64,000 nucleotides of DNA from Candidatus Poribacteria bacterium (GTDB lineage Bacteria > Poribacteria > WGA-4E > WGA-3G). The translations under genes were made by a program, and so were the position numbers. The notes under the pieces were generated by a model, which was not told where the DNA came from, did no database searches, and was given only the letters and a program-made list of their open reading frames with translations. Position 1 is the stretch's first letter. Each line of letters opens with the position of its first letter. The DNA is taken from contig OZ244048.1 of the NCBI GenBank assembly GCA_965215265.1, forward strand, positions 3,456,001-3,520,000, written 5' to 3'. Positions 53,145 through 62,601 of this stretch are shown piece after piece.

Positions 53145-54185
53145 CTAATTGCTTTGCCGATACTCTTGTAAGAGTGCGTTAATTTTGTCAAGAAACGCCT
53201 GTGAGTAGATTTCACCAACGAGATCTTTGTGGGTTTTCGCAGCGATTTTATCCAATTCTTCCCAAGCATCCTTATTAAATTCAACCATCTTAATTCCAGC
53301 TTTCTTTTGAAGTGCTTCAACTGCGATGTCATTATCCTTCCGAATTTTCTGAACTAACTCTGCGTGATGCTTGGTGGCAACTTCGCGCAAAATTTTCTGT
53401 TGTGTCGTAGAAAGTCGGTCAAACTTTTCCTTAGTCATGACAGTTGCACCGAGACCAATGTTAACCGGCACATCGGTCATGTATTTAAGTTTGGGGTACC
53501 ATTGCAACGAGACACACACGTAAGGCGATGAGACGACAGTGTTGATTTGTCCGGAATAGAGTGCAGACAGGACCTGCGAAACCTCTTTAGGTACGTCTGC
53601 GACTTCTAGATTCTCGGCAAATGCCAGCCCGATTCGATCGGTGGTGCGAGTCCACATTTTAACCTTCGGAGTCCGGAGGGCATCAATAGAATCAATTGGT
53701 TGATTGCTAAAAACGTAATAGTAACCAATATCACCCCAACCAAGGAGAATATACCCGGCATCAGCAAAAGCCTGATCAAGTTCATTACGAAGATAGTCTC
53801 GGACGTAATCGAGCTCCTGATATGTTCTGAACATCCGAGGCAGCTGAAGAATCAACACCTCTTTGTGAATTTCACCGAGTCCTGTAGCCGTTATCGCTCC
53901 GGCATGGAGCAGCCCTGCCCGCATTTTGCGAATGACATCTAATTCGTCGCCTTGCACTGCGTTTGGATAGAAACGGAATTTGACTTCACCGGTGGTTTTA
54001 TCACCAATTTCCTTGGCCATGGCACTGAAACTGTTCATCCACGAGGAGCCTTTCGGTGCGAGTGTTGCGAACTTAACTGTTTCAGCGGCAACGGAATGTC
54101 CGGTGAAAGAAAGTTCCGTAAAAATCAATAGCGTTAAAAGTGCAGCCAAAGCACCCGTTAATTGATACGTTTTGGTTTTCATCAT
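53145..54185 (-). CDS. dctP: TRAP substrate-binding protein DctP (TatP type)
   Basis: KFATLAPKGS.W, GDE..VIRKMR.G.L, W...G..Y.FS. Confidence 0.9.
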   Translation of the reverse strand: MMKTKTYQLTGALAALLTLLIFTELSFTGHSVAAETVKFATLAPKGSSWMNSFSAMAKEIGDKTTGEVKFRFYPNAVQGDELDVIRKMRAGLLHAGAITATGLGEIHKEVLILQLPRMFRTYQELDYVRDYLRNELDQAFADAGYILLGWGDIGYYYVFSNQPIDSIDALRTPKVKMWTRTTDRIGLAFAENLEVADVPKEVSQVLSALYSGQINTVVSSPYVCVSLQWYPKLKYMTDVPVNIGLGATVMTKEKFDRLSTTQQKILREVATKHHAELVQKIRKDNDIAVEALQKKAGIKMVEFNKDAWEELDKIAAKTHKDLVGEIYSQAFLDKINALLQEYRQSN

Positions 54186-55132
54186 TCGGTTTCTCCTTCT
54201 TCCATGTCTGTATCAAACAGTGTATCCGCTTGAGCTAGCCAGCGTTTTGCACGAGCTTTTGCGATGGCAGTAGCGGCTTCTTGCCCTGGGAAAATGTCTG
54301 ACGGGGCATCAATAACTTCTTGTAAGGCTTGCTTGTAGAGCTTCAGATTTTGGGTTGGATAGGCATAATACCGGGCGAGATAACATTTACTGAGCAAGAA
54401 CCGCCCATTATTGATTCTATCCACGTGCGCAAGATGCTCTCTCGCCTTTTCAGAGTCACCGCCAATTGATGGGGACCGGTCCCCGTAGTAAACGGTAAAG
54501 AAGAGGTGCGCGCCGCCGTAATAGAAAGTCTCATCCAATTCAAGGATGCGTTGCATCATGAGTTCTACCCGGGGTAAATCGATTACCAGCATCGGGTCGT
54601 CCTTCTGGAGACTGATGCCGCGCGCCAATGCATAAGCTGCCCAGAATAGAGGTTCGGTATCTTCTTTTTTTAGTTTCTGGAGTGCTTTTTCAAACATTTC
54701 AACATCGACAGTCATGGCTTGATCTAAGGTTTTATTAGTTTGCGCTAGGGCTCTGAATGCGTAGCGTTGGGAACGTCCATAGTAGTCAATTGCACGCATG
54801 CGCAGTTCCGCGGCAATGGCAGTGGCACCTGCAATTTCAGCGTCCTCCATCTTATCTTCGATAAAACCTGCGTAAGATGAAAAGGCACGGGATGTCATCA
54901 TTAAGAGGGTAGTATTCTCTGGCACAATCTCAAGCATCCCCTCAAAAGTCTTGAGATTCCCTCTAATGCTGGCTTCTACTAAAGTTAGGTCGCCTTCTTT
55001 TTGAAGTGCAGCACCTGCCTTGGAGTAGACAATAACGGTTCTGCCGACTGTCAATTTGGTGAGACTACACCCGGCGAGACATATCGGCAAGAGCAGTAAA
55101 AATATTTGAATTCTCAATAGGTTCCGTACCAT
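54182..55132 (-). CDS. tatT: TRAP transporter TatT component (TPR lipoprotein)
   Basis: Lipobox LAGC; LK..E..L...PEN, LFW, LDE..YYG, GG..EKA..H, A.AK..A; overlaps the dctP start by 4 nt. Confidence 0.85.
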   Translation of the reverse strand: MVRNLLRIQIFLLLLPICLAGCSLTKLTVGRTVIVYSKAGAALQKEGDLTLVEASIRGNLKTFEGMLEIVPENTTLLMMTSRAFSSYAGFIEDKMEDAEIAGATAIAAELRMRAIDYYGRSQRYAFRALAQTNKTLDQAMTVDVEMFEKALQKLKKEDTEPLFWAAYALARGISLQKDDPMLVIDLPRVELMMQRILELDETFYYGGAHLFFTVYYGDRSPSIGGDSEKAREHLAHVDRINNGRFLLSKCYLARYYAYPTQNLKLYKQALQEVIDAPSDIFPGQEAATAIAKARAKRWLAQADTLFDTDMEEGETE

Positions 55133-55308
55133 AGTAACAGATTCCTCCTTTTGTTACGGAATTGATTTTACATAATTTGCTGTGAAGGTATATTTGCGTT
55201 AAATTACATGTTTTGCTCTCTCATGATAGTGCAAGCTGCAGTGATAAATTCGGTTCGCTCTCGCCAGGGGCTTCTGATGCAATTTCAATCTTGTCGTTAA
55301 AGTCAATC

Positions 55309-56451
55309 TCATACGACGGAATAGAAAGGCAAAAGTCGTATTGTACCATTGACGCGCCCATTTGGCATCTCGATCTGTACGCGACTGCCCGGTTCCGTGA
55401 CAGCCATCCGGACGTAGCCAAGAGCAATCATTTTGTTGAGGATAGGCGAATAGGCTGTACTGGTAATCCAACCGACCTCTTTTTGTTCGCTATAAACTTT
55501 CTTTGTACGGTGCTCAAATACGGCTGTGCTTGCATACCGCTCGTGGAGGCCTTTTGGTTCGGATACAGCGAATTCGATTTCAATGCCGCGTAATAGCCTG
55601 TTGGGATGCCCACGGTAGTTCATTCGTGCGACAATCTCTTGTCCGATATAGCACCCCTTCTCGAAATCAATAGCATGCGTTAGCTCTGCTTCGAGCGGAA
55701 TAATCGCTTCTGTTAATTCGGCACCATATTTTGGGGTACCAGCCTCAATTCGCAGCAGCTCCGCTGCCTCCCAACCGATAGGTGTAGGATGGATAGATTG
55801 GGATATTAGACGGTCCCACAGCCATTGCAATGATTCTGCTGCAGTATACAGATTATAACCGATTTCGCCGGTTTGGTGCGTTCGAGCGTACATTATCCGG
55901 TGCGAACTGGTGCCGCCATCAACCTCATAGTAACCGTTGTGATGCTCCGCGATTTCCGGGAGGGCTGGTTCTTCCAAAACGGCGCAGAGAAGATGATGTG
56001 CTTGTGTTCCACAGATGGTAATGGCACCGGTTTGTGTGGTGATGTTCTCCAATTCGACATCGTCTGCAATGATGTATTTGTCCAATTCTTTGAAAAGGGA
56101 TTCCGTAGCCTCCGGATTGGTGTCAATATAGATAGCATCATCGCGTACATAAACGTGCATATCGGAAATAATTTTACCACGATTCGTTAAAAGCGTGGTA
56201 TAATTTCCTTGTCCGGCCTGGAGTCCTTCAACATCATTGGAGAGGATGCGGTGCAGAAATTTTGCCCGGTCTGCTCCTGTTACCCGGTATCTACCACGGT
56301 GTGACATGTCAGCGAGCCCTACGCTATTTCTAACGGCGTGGTGCTCGGTAACCGTATCTGTGAAATGCACGGGAACTTTCCAACCGTGGTGCCTTTCAGC
56401 AAAAGTTGCACCGAGTTGACAGTGGATGTGATAAAGCGGTGTCGTTCTCAT
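55309..56451 (-). CDS. Folate-binding aminomethyltransferase-like protein (GcvT/YgfZ)
   Basis: TPLY..H, EH.AVR, D.SHRG, RIEAG.P, KGCYIGQE (YgfZ signature). Confidence 0.88.
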   Translation of the reverse strand: MRTTPLYHIHCQLGATFAERHHGWKVPVHFTDTVTEHHAVRNSVGLADMSHRGRYRVTGADRAKFLHRILSNDVEGLQAGQGNYTTLLTNRGKIISDMHVYVRDDAIYIDTNPEATESLFKELDKYIIADDVELENITTQTGAITICGTQAHHLLCAVLEEPALPEIAEHHNGYYEVDGGTSSHRIMYARTHQTGEIGYNLYTAAESLQWLWDRLISQSIHPTPIGWEAAELLRIEAGTPKYGAELTEAIIPLEAELTHAIDFEKGCYIGQEIVARMNYRGHPNRLLRGIEIEFAVSEPKGLHERYASTAVFEHRTKKVYSEQKEVGWITSTAYSPILNKMIALGYVRMAVTEPGSRVQIEMPNGRVNGTIRLLPFYSVV

Positions 56452-56499
56452 GTTTCTATGTGAGTGTGTTCCTTTAATCTGTGTCAATTCCTATTTGGG

Positions 56500-59400
56500 T
56501 TAAAACATTCGCTCCAGTCGCCAGATAATTTGTGCATCTTGTAGGCGTGAAGGGAGTTTGGGGAAATCCTTTAACGGGACAGCTATCTCAACTGCAAGGC
56601 TTCGCGGTGTTCGATCTCCAAGTGGGTCTACGAAAACCGAGAATCCGATACCGACAGCGGTCTTTAACCGTTCTCGTATGGAAAAGTCGGAGAAGGGTTG
56701 TTCATCAAACCACCACACTTGTCCGGCATCAAAAAAAGAGTTAAACGCCCATCCGAGAACAACATCAGTGTCACTTCCCGTGGGAATCATTGTCTCTTTA
56801 ATAATTCGGTATTCAATGTTGAGCAGTACTCGCCTATCGCCCGCGAAGGTATTGAAATCGTAGCCGCGCAGCGTGGCTGTACCGCCGAGATAGAGAAGTA
56901 GCTGCCGAGGTAATGGCGTATCCGAAAAATCGCCTGCGAGGCGGATGTTTAAGTGATGCGGTCCGAAAATCGGTGTGTAACGTGATAGTTCAAATTTGTA
57001 AAAATTAAAAGCGTGAGCTCCACCGAGGCGTTCGCCAGCCATTTCAACTGCAAAGTGTCCTCGCCAGCCGCGCCGGGTACGTTCATGTGGCATAGAGATT
57101 CTCTCTCCCATATTGTGGAAAGGTTGGCTGCTATATTTCTCATCCCGGGTATCAAATGTGTAACTGAGAGAGAGTCTTCTCAATTGCCCAGGTTCAATCC
57201 GAGGATTGCCTCGTTTGAGGAGTCCTCTGTTAAAGTAACTCCAATCTGTTGATTTGGATAGGTTATCGTGGTTCTCTTGTGTGAATCTAAACCTGAGTTG
57301 TGCTGATGTTCCAAAGACATGTGTTATCCAGATTTGATACCCATGTCGTTGATAATAGTCCTCGAAATCGAAGCCATAAAATGCAGCACTCAGGTTGGCT
57401 CGGGTAGGGAGCAAAGCGTTGTTGTAACTGACATCCGTTAGTTTGTAGTAACCTGCACCGAGTTTTATATCGCCAATATAGCTGCTCCCGATGGTGTTAA
57501 AGAAACGTTTTTCGATTCCGATGTCATAATTCCATATCCGACTGGAAAACCCACGTCCGAGTGAACCGAAAAACAGTTCTTCATCGGTTAGTCGTGCTAA
57601 GAGCCCCCCACTTGCACCCAGTACTAGGCCGTGAACTCTATTAAAGCCCAGGATTGGAAAAACACCCGGTTTGACGATAGGCTGCTCCTCAATATCAATA
57701 ATCATGATGTTTTTCCCTGCCTCTCGTTGGACTCGCCAGTCGCGAATAGATTTGAAGCGTTCGTTGTTTTGACTGAGACGCTCGTGCATCTGTCTTATTT
57801 TTACCTGACCGAGGGTTTGGTAATATACGTCGTCGGTTCGTAAATCAAGGGCCTCTACAAGTTCTGTGGACGATATTCGGTTATTGCCGGTGAAACGAAT
57901 TTCATCTAATGAACCCTCGTTAATGGAAAATTGGAGGACATCGTTGAGAAATTCATACGTGACTGTAGCCAATTCGTAACCGCGATTCCAATAAAAATTG
58001 GCAATCAATTGCTGCTTCAACTTTACAGTTGCAATCGCGAGATATCCCGGCACTAAATCAAACCATTCCTTTATAAATTGTACTGGGAAACTCCGGTTTC
58101 CTATGATATCAATGTGGCGCGCAAATCGAACAGGTGCTTCTGTTACGTGAATGCGTAAAGCGTAGTCTGAACTTGCAAATTGATTGCTACCGATTTTTTC
58201 GGATAGTGGATGCTGTTCAATTTTAGTCGTTGGCAATTGTGATGAGGCTGCTATTGCTTCAGTCTCCAAACGTGCTGCTTGAAACCAGTCATGATTTTCT
58301 AATCCAGCAATTAGCCAAGAGAGTTGTGAGTTTGTGATAACATCACCGTGCTTGATAAGGATATGGTTCTGCACAATTTCGGTTGGAATCCTTGTATTCC
58401 CTTCAATTTCAAGGGTGGTAACATGCAGTTTTTCCTCAGTTCCAAAATTTTCGGCAAGTTGTGGTTGAGCGGTTACAAGTTTTAGAGCCCCCATGGCTTC
58501 TTTCCAATGTGGCCACCACGGATGCTCAACATCATAAGTAGGTAACCAATAACTGTACTCCCGTTGTGTATCAAACTCTAGAAACTCAAGGTTCGCGATT
58601 TGTCCTTGTGCCTTTCGGTGTATGTTGAAGTACCATGTATCTTTCGCTTGTTGTTCGAGCCTACGCCGTGATATGGCGAGTTCGAGGCTCCAAAATGTGG
58701 CATTGATTCGTGTAGCCACGTTGGCATCTGAGTTCCACTTGCTATCCGCTTTAAATGTTTGTGCAGCGTTGTTTTGTGTTTCCCATTGAACGTCAGCCGG
58801 GGCAAAACGAAGAATAGGTGGCCCGGTCGCCTTAACCTTCTGATCTAAAAGTGCTCCAATCGGGTTGACAATGAAATGATAGTAAGGTTCTGTCTGTGGA
58901 TCCGGGTCAAGCAGGATTTCAACAGCTTCATCCTCCCAGATAGGGGAATCTTGTTGGGTTTGCGAGGTACGGAAAATTCGTATGTTGGGAAAGTACGCCT
59001 TGACACCGATATAGAAGTTTTGTGCGTCCCACATCAAAAGTACCTCGGTCGGATTTTCTGGGGCTTCGGTTCCATCTGTATTGTGAAATGGCTGAAGACG
59101 CGCGGCGACCATCCACGCTTTTTCAAAGAGATTTCCATCAATAACAGGCGTTAGCACCGTTTGGGGGACAAGTTGTACAGTTTCAACTGGCACCGGCTGT
59201 GGTGCAGATTCGGCTCCGATCGGTAGAATAGAGATTGTATTTTTGGCTCTCAAGCGGAGCAGCGGTCCGCCGTCGTTCAGTATCATGCGAGAGTCATCTT
59301 CAATTTGGACAGGTAGATTGACGACTACTTGCTGCTTCTGACTTTCAACTTCAACATCAGCTGGATAATTTTCAGGGAGCCGCAATTGGAGGCGGCCTCC

Positions 59401-60354
59401 GTGTGCTGTTAAATCCAGCGGTGCTGCGACAGCATCAAGTACCTCCAATTCAATTGAACCATTTTGTGTGTTTATCACGTTTTGCCCTCGGGTTAACAAA
59501 ATTTTGCCGGAGATGTCTCCTTTGGTGACTTTGATAGAATAGGTTCCTTGGGTTTCACCTAAATGTACATCCCCTGTGTGAGCGACAAGTTCCATTTTCC
59601 CGCGGAGGCGCTGAAGTCGAATATCTCCGTCTTTCGTTTCAAGTTTAACAGAGATATCCGGCGGCGTTCCAATTGTACAGCTCAGTTGAACCTGTTTTTC
59701 TATAGAAGATTGAATTTGGGGGTATTCTCTGCTGGGCAGAACAGATTCCGGTGGTGGTTCAAAAAAGGTTGTTTGCGGGGGTGCAAGCGCATCGTTTGGA
59801 AATTGGACTTTTAATTGAAGTGTACCCTTCTGACGTGTTTCCGTTAAGGAAATGTTATCCAGATAGTTTTTTACAGCATCCGCCGGCAATTGAAAATTAT
59901 CAGCGCTTTGCGGCGGCGCGTAAAGTTTCGTGAATGTCACGCGTATCATATTGCTATCTGTACTTACCAACTCAATGTTTCCACGCGCTTGTAAATTGAG
60001 GGCTAGCTGATCGACATCATCAAGATCAAAAGTGTGAGTTGAGATTGCTTCCACTCCGTTTGTTAACTGGACAGCAGGTGGCATGTCCTCTTTACTTTCA
60101 GGTTGGGCGTACAGATTCAGCACCGCCAAACTTGAATACAATAGTACAGTATAAAAAACGATATAGAGGAACATAGCTCGAGCAAAGGCAACGTGGTGTT
60201 TGCAGGAGACAAACGGATTAAAATTCTGCACCGTGCTATGCCAATGACTTTGGTCTGTCTGTCCGCAATTCAATATTTGATAAGAGGTTTGGAATCCGTG
60301 GCGTAGCCAACCCAATCTCTCTTTAATGCTAAAGGTTGCTGTCTGAAAAATCAT
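56500..60354 (-). CDS. Large Omp85-like outer membrane protein with DUF4097-like, CBM9-like and POTRA domains
   Basis: T.DGDI / T..GSI beta repeats; P.IDG.L.E.AW...WD...FYIG...D..IW.DE.VEI.LDP; three GN.R POTRA-like units; FNRVHG, LRGY, FFDAGQVW, C-terminal Phe. Confidence 0.8.
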   Translation of the reverse strand: MIFQTATFSIKERLGWLRHGFQTSYQILNCGQTDQSHWHSTVQNFNPFVSCKHHVAFARAMFLYIVFYTVLLYSSLAVLNLYAQPESKEDMPPAVQLTNGVEAISTHTFDLDDVDQLALNLQARGNIELVSTDSNMIRVTFTKLYAPPQSADNFQLPADAVKNYLDNISLTETRQKGTLQLKVQFPNDALAPPQTTFFEPPPESVLPSREYPQIQSSIEKQVQLSCTIGTPPDISVKLETKDGDIRLQRLRGKMELVAHTGDVHLGETQGTYSIKVTKGDISGKILLTRGQNVINTQNGSIELEVLDAVAAPLDLTAHGGRLQLRLPENYPADVEVESQKQQVVVNLPVQIEDDSRMILNDGGPLLRLRAKNTISILPIGAESAPQPVPVETVQLVPQTVLTPVIDGNLFEKAWMVAARLQPFHNTDGTEAPENPTEVLLMWDAQNFYIGVKAYFPNIRIFRTSQTQQDSPIWEDEAVEILLDPDPQTEPYYHFIVNPIGALLDQKVKATGPPILRFAPADVQWETQNNAAQTFKADSKWNSDANVATRINATFWSLELAISRRRLEQQAKDTWYFNIHRKAQGQIANLEFLEFDTQREYSYWLPTYDVEHPWWPHWKEAMGALKLVTAQPQLAENFGTEEKLHVTTLEIEGNTRIPTEIVQNHILIKHGDVITNSQLSWLIAGLENHDWFQAARLETEAIAASSQLPTTKIEQHPLSEKIGSNQFASSDYALRIHVTEAPVRFARHIDIIGNRSFPVQFIKEWFDLVPGYLAIATVKLKQQLIANFYWNRGYELATVTYEFLNDVLQFSINEGSLDEIRFTGNNRISSTELVEALDLRTDDVYYQTLGQVKIRQMHERLSQNNERFKSIRDWRVQREAGKNIMIIDIEEQPIVKPGVFPILGFNRVHGLVLGASGGLLARLTDEELFFGSLGRGFSSRIWNYDIGIEKRFFNTIGSSYIGDIKLGAGYYKLTDVSYNNALLPTRANLSAAFYGFDFEDYYQRHGYQIWITHVFGTSAQLRFRFTQENHDNLSKSTDWSYFNRGLLKRGNPRIEPGQLRRLSLSYTFDTRDEKYSSQPFHNMGERISMPHERTRRGWRGHFAVEMAGERLGGAHAFNFYKFELSRYTPIFGPHHLNIRLAGDFSDTPLPRQLLLYLGGTATLRGYDFNTFAGDRRVLLNIEYRIIKETMIPTGSDTDVVLGWAFNSFFDAGQVWWFDEQPFSDFSIRERLKTAVGIGFSVFVDPLGDRTPRSLAVEIAVPLKDFPKLPSRLQDAQIIWRLERMF

Positions 60355-60403
60355 ACAAAACGTTTAGAGTTTCTTTTTTTTTGGTGGTGCGTGTGATAAT
60401 TAC

Positions 60404-60432
60404 TTGACATGTTTTAAATAATACCTTATACT
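60404..60432 (+). promoter_or_regulatory. Sigma70-type promoter of xylA (overlaps a divergent promoter)
   Basis: TTGACA (60404-60409), 17 nt spacer, TATACT (60427-60432). Confidence 0.7.
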
Positions 60433-60500
60433 TACTATAGAAGTCAAGCAGTTTATTTTTCCAAAATGTGCAACGCGTACCGTTATCGGAGAAAAATTAA

Positions 60501-61544
60501 ATGAACCAAGAACATACAGAATACTGTTTCTCTTTTGGTCCTTGGAATATACAAGAAGGAGCAGACCCTTTTGGACCGCCCGTTCGAGATGGGTTTACTT
60601 TTGATAAGAAAGTCGGATTCTATAGAGAACTCGGTTTTGTTGGGATTCAATTCCATGATGACGATATTGTGCCGGATATTGACGACAAGACGCATGCGCA
60701 GCTGATATCAAGGGCAAAAGCGGTCAAAAAGCAGATCTATAACAACGGTTTAACAGCAGAGGTCGTTGCACCACGGCTATGGGAATCACCGCAGACGATT
60801 GATGGTGCTTACACATCCAATTGTGCAGCGGAGCGGGCCTACGCGCTTGAACGTTCAAAACGGTGTATTGATATTGCTAATGAAATCGGATGCCAAAACC
60901 TTGTGTTATGGCTTGCCCGCGAAGGGACTTATATTCGGGAAACAAAGAGTGCCTCCGACGCGGTAGGCTACATTTTGGATGCAATCAATACGTTGCTGGA
61001 ATACGACTCGGAAATCCGCATCCTGATTGAGCCGAAGCCGAATGAGCCCATGGATATTGCTTATATTCCAACAATTGGGCATGCTATTGGGCTGGCTTAT
61101 GCGAGCCGGGCACCGGAACGCGTCGGAGGTCTTATCGAAAGTGCACACGCCATCCTTGCAGGGTTAGAACCCTCAGATGAAATGGGATACGCCCTCTATC
61201 ACAAGAAACTGTGGAGCGTCCATCTCAACGATCAGAACGGGCTCAAATTCGACCAGGACAAGGCATTCGGTTCCGTCAATCTGCGACGTGCTTTTAATCA
61301 AGTCCGGGTGCTTGAGAAGAACGGTTACGGCAGAAACGGGGAGTTTGTAGGCTTAGACGTTAAAGTTATGCGCACACAACCGCGCGAGTTATCAACTAAA
61401 CATCTTTTGAGTAGCCGCCGGACGTTCCTGAACCTATTAGAAAAGGTTCGCAGCTATGACAAAAAGGTAGAGCAAGAATTTATTGCAGCAAGAGACTACG
61501 AAGGGTTGGATTTCTATATCCTAACACATCTTCTTGGAAATTAA
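60501..61544 (+). CDS. xylA: Xylose isomerase (short, class I-like)
   Basis: FSFGPW...G.DPFG, FHDDD, W..REG, IEPKPNEP, E.AH, HLNDQ.G.KFDQD..FG. Confidence 0.85.
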   Translation: MNQEHTEYCFSFGPWNIQEGADPFGPPVRDGFTFDKKVGFYRELGFVGIQFHDDDIVPDIDDKTHAQLISRAKAVKKQIYNNGLTAEVVAPRLWESPQTIDGAYTSNCAAERAYALERSKRCIDIANEIGCQNLVLWLAREGTYIRETKSASDAVGYILDAINTLLEYDSEIRILIEPKPNEPMDIAYIPTIGHAIGLAYASRAPERVGGLIESAHAILAGLEPSDEMGYALYHKKLWSVHLNDQNGLKFDQDKAFGSVNLRRAFNQVRVLEKNGYGRNGEFVGLDVKVMRTQPRELSTKHLLSSRRTFLNLLEKVRSYDKKVEQEFIAARDYEGLDFYILTHLLGN

Positions 61545-61779
61545 CAGGAGTAACATGGACACGGGGTTTTAAGTAACAGTCGGATGTGCTTTCCGTTTTC
61601 TTTAGAAGCACGTTGCGAAAGTGCTGTTTAGATCTGCAAGAAGCCGCTGGCAAGGTTTCCCGCCTCGGAAACCCTTGGCATTGATTTTTTGTAAGGTTAT
61701 TTTGGCGTACATGTCATCGGAGATATCTTCGCCAAATTGTAGAAACGCATTTTGCAAAACCCTGCATTTTAAAACGAGA

Positions 61780-62463
61780 ATGAGAACAGATAAGAATTTT
61801 CCGCATGCGGCAAAGGAGCCGCTTGCCAATAAACCCATAGCTGATGAAACACAAAAGTATCAATCCGTTCTGCTGGTAGGTCCCCCTGGTGTCGGCAAAG
61901 GCACACAAGGTGAGCTGCTGTCAAGGATTCCGGGGATTTACCACCTTTCTAGTGGTAATATGTTTCGGCAGCTTGATCCTAATTCCGCCCCAGGGAAACT
62001 CTTTCATAAGTATGCAACACGCGGCGATCTGGTACCGGATGAAATTACGGTGAAAATATGGAAAGACTATATACAAACGCAAGTATTGGAAAAAACGTTC
62101 AATCCAGGTCATGATCTGCTGATTCTTGATGGCATACCGAGGAATATAAAGCAAGCGAGCTTGATCAAGCCTTATGTTAAAGTGCTTAAAATTCTCTATA
62201 TGATTTGCACGAATCCGGAGGTGATGTTCCAGCGCATCCGAGGGCGCGCAGCAAAAGAACATCGCTTGGACGACGCGCAAGAGTCCATAGTCCGGTATCG
62301 ATGGGAAATCTACAAACAGGAAACGGAACCGCTGATTGATTGTTATCCTCAGGAACTCGTCCGAATTGTGGATGCAGAGACGATTCCGGTAGAGGTACTG
62401 CAACAAATTTTAGAGGCAGTGGTCCCTATTCAAAAAAAACATTTTTCACCACCTCTCATGTAG
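61780..62463 (+). CDS. adk: Adenylate kinase family protein (short LID)
   Basis: GPPGVGKGTQ, HLSSGNMFR, GDLVPD, LDGIPR...QA, R.DD. Confidence 0.88.
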   Translation: MRTDKNFPHAAKEPLANKPIADETQKYQSVLLVGPPGVGKGTQGELLSRIPGIYHLSSGNMFRQLDPNSAPGKLFHKYATRGDLVPDEITVKIWKDYIQTQVLEKTFNPGHDLLILDGIPRNIKQASLIKPYVKVLKILYMICTNPEVMFQRIRGRAAKEHRLDDAQESIVRYRWEIYKQETEPLIDCYPQELVRIVDAETIPVEVLQQILEAVVPIQKKHFSPPLM

Positions 62464-62601
62464 CGTCCTCTCCGTCCGTTCCAAGCGGAAGGCATTCAAA
62501 TTAGATAAGTCCGTTTGACCTATCTGTTTTTTTGTATAGAATTTAGACGAGGCAGGTTCTGCAGACGATGCAGCTCTCTGTCTCGCCTATGGTTTTATGT
62601 T

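Noticed and set aside
61621-61779. N-terminal extension of adk
   Set aside because: No kinase similarity; probably untranslated upstream sequence
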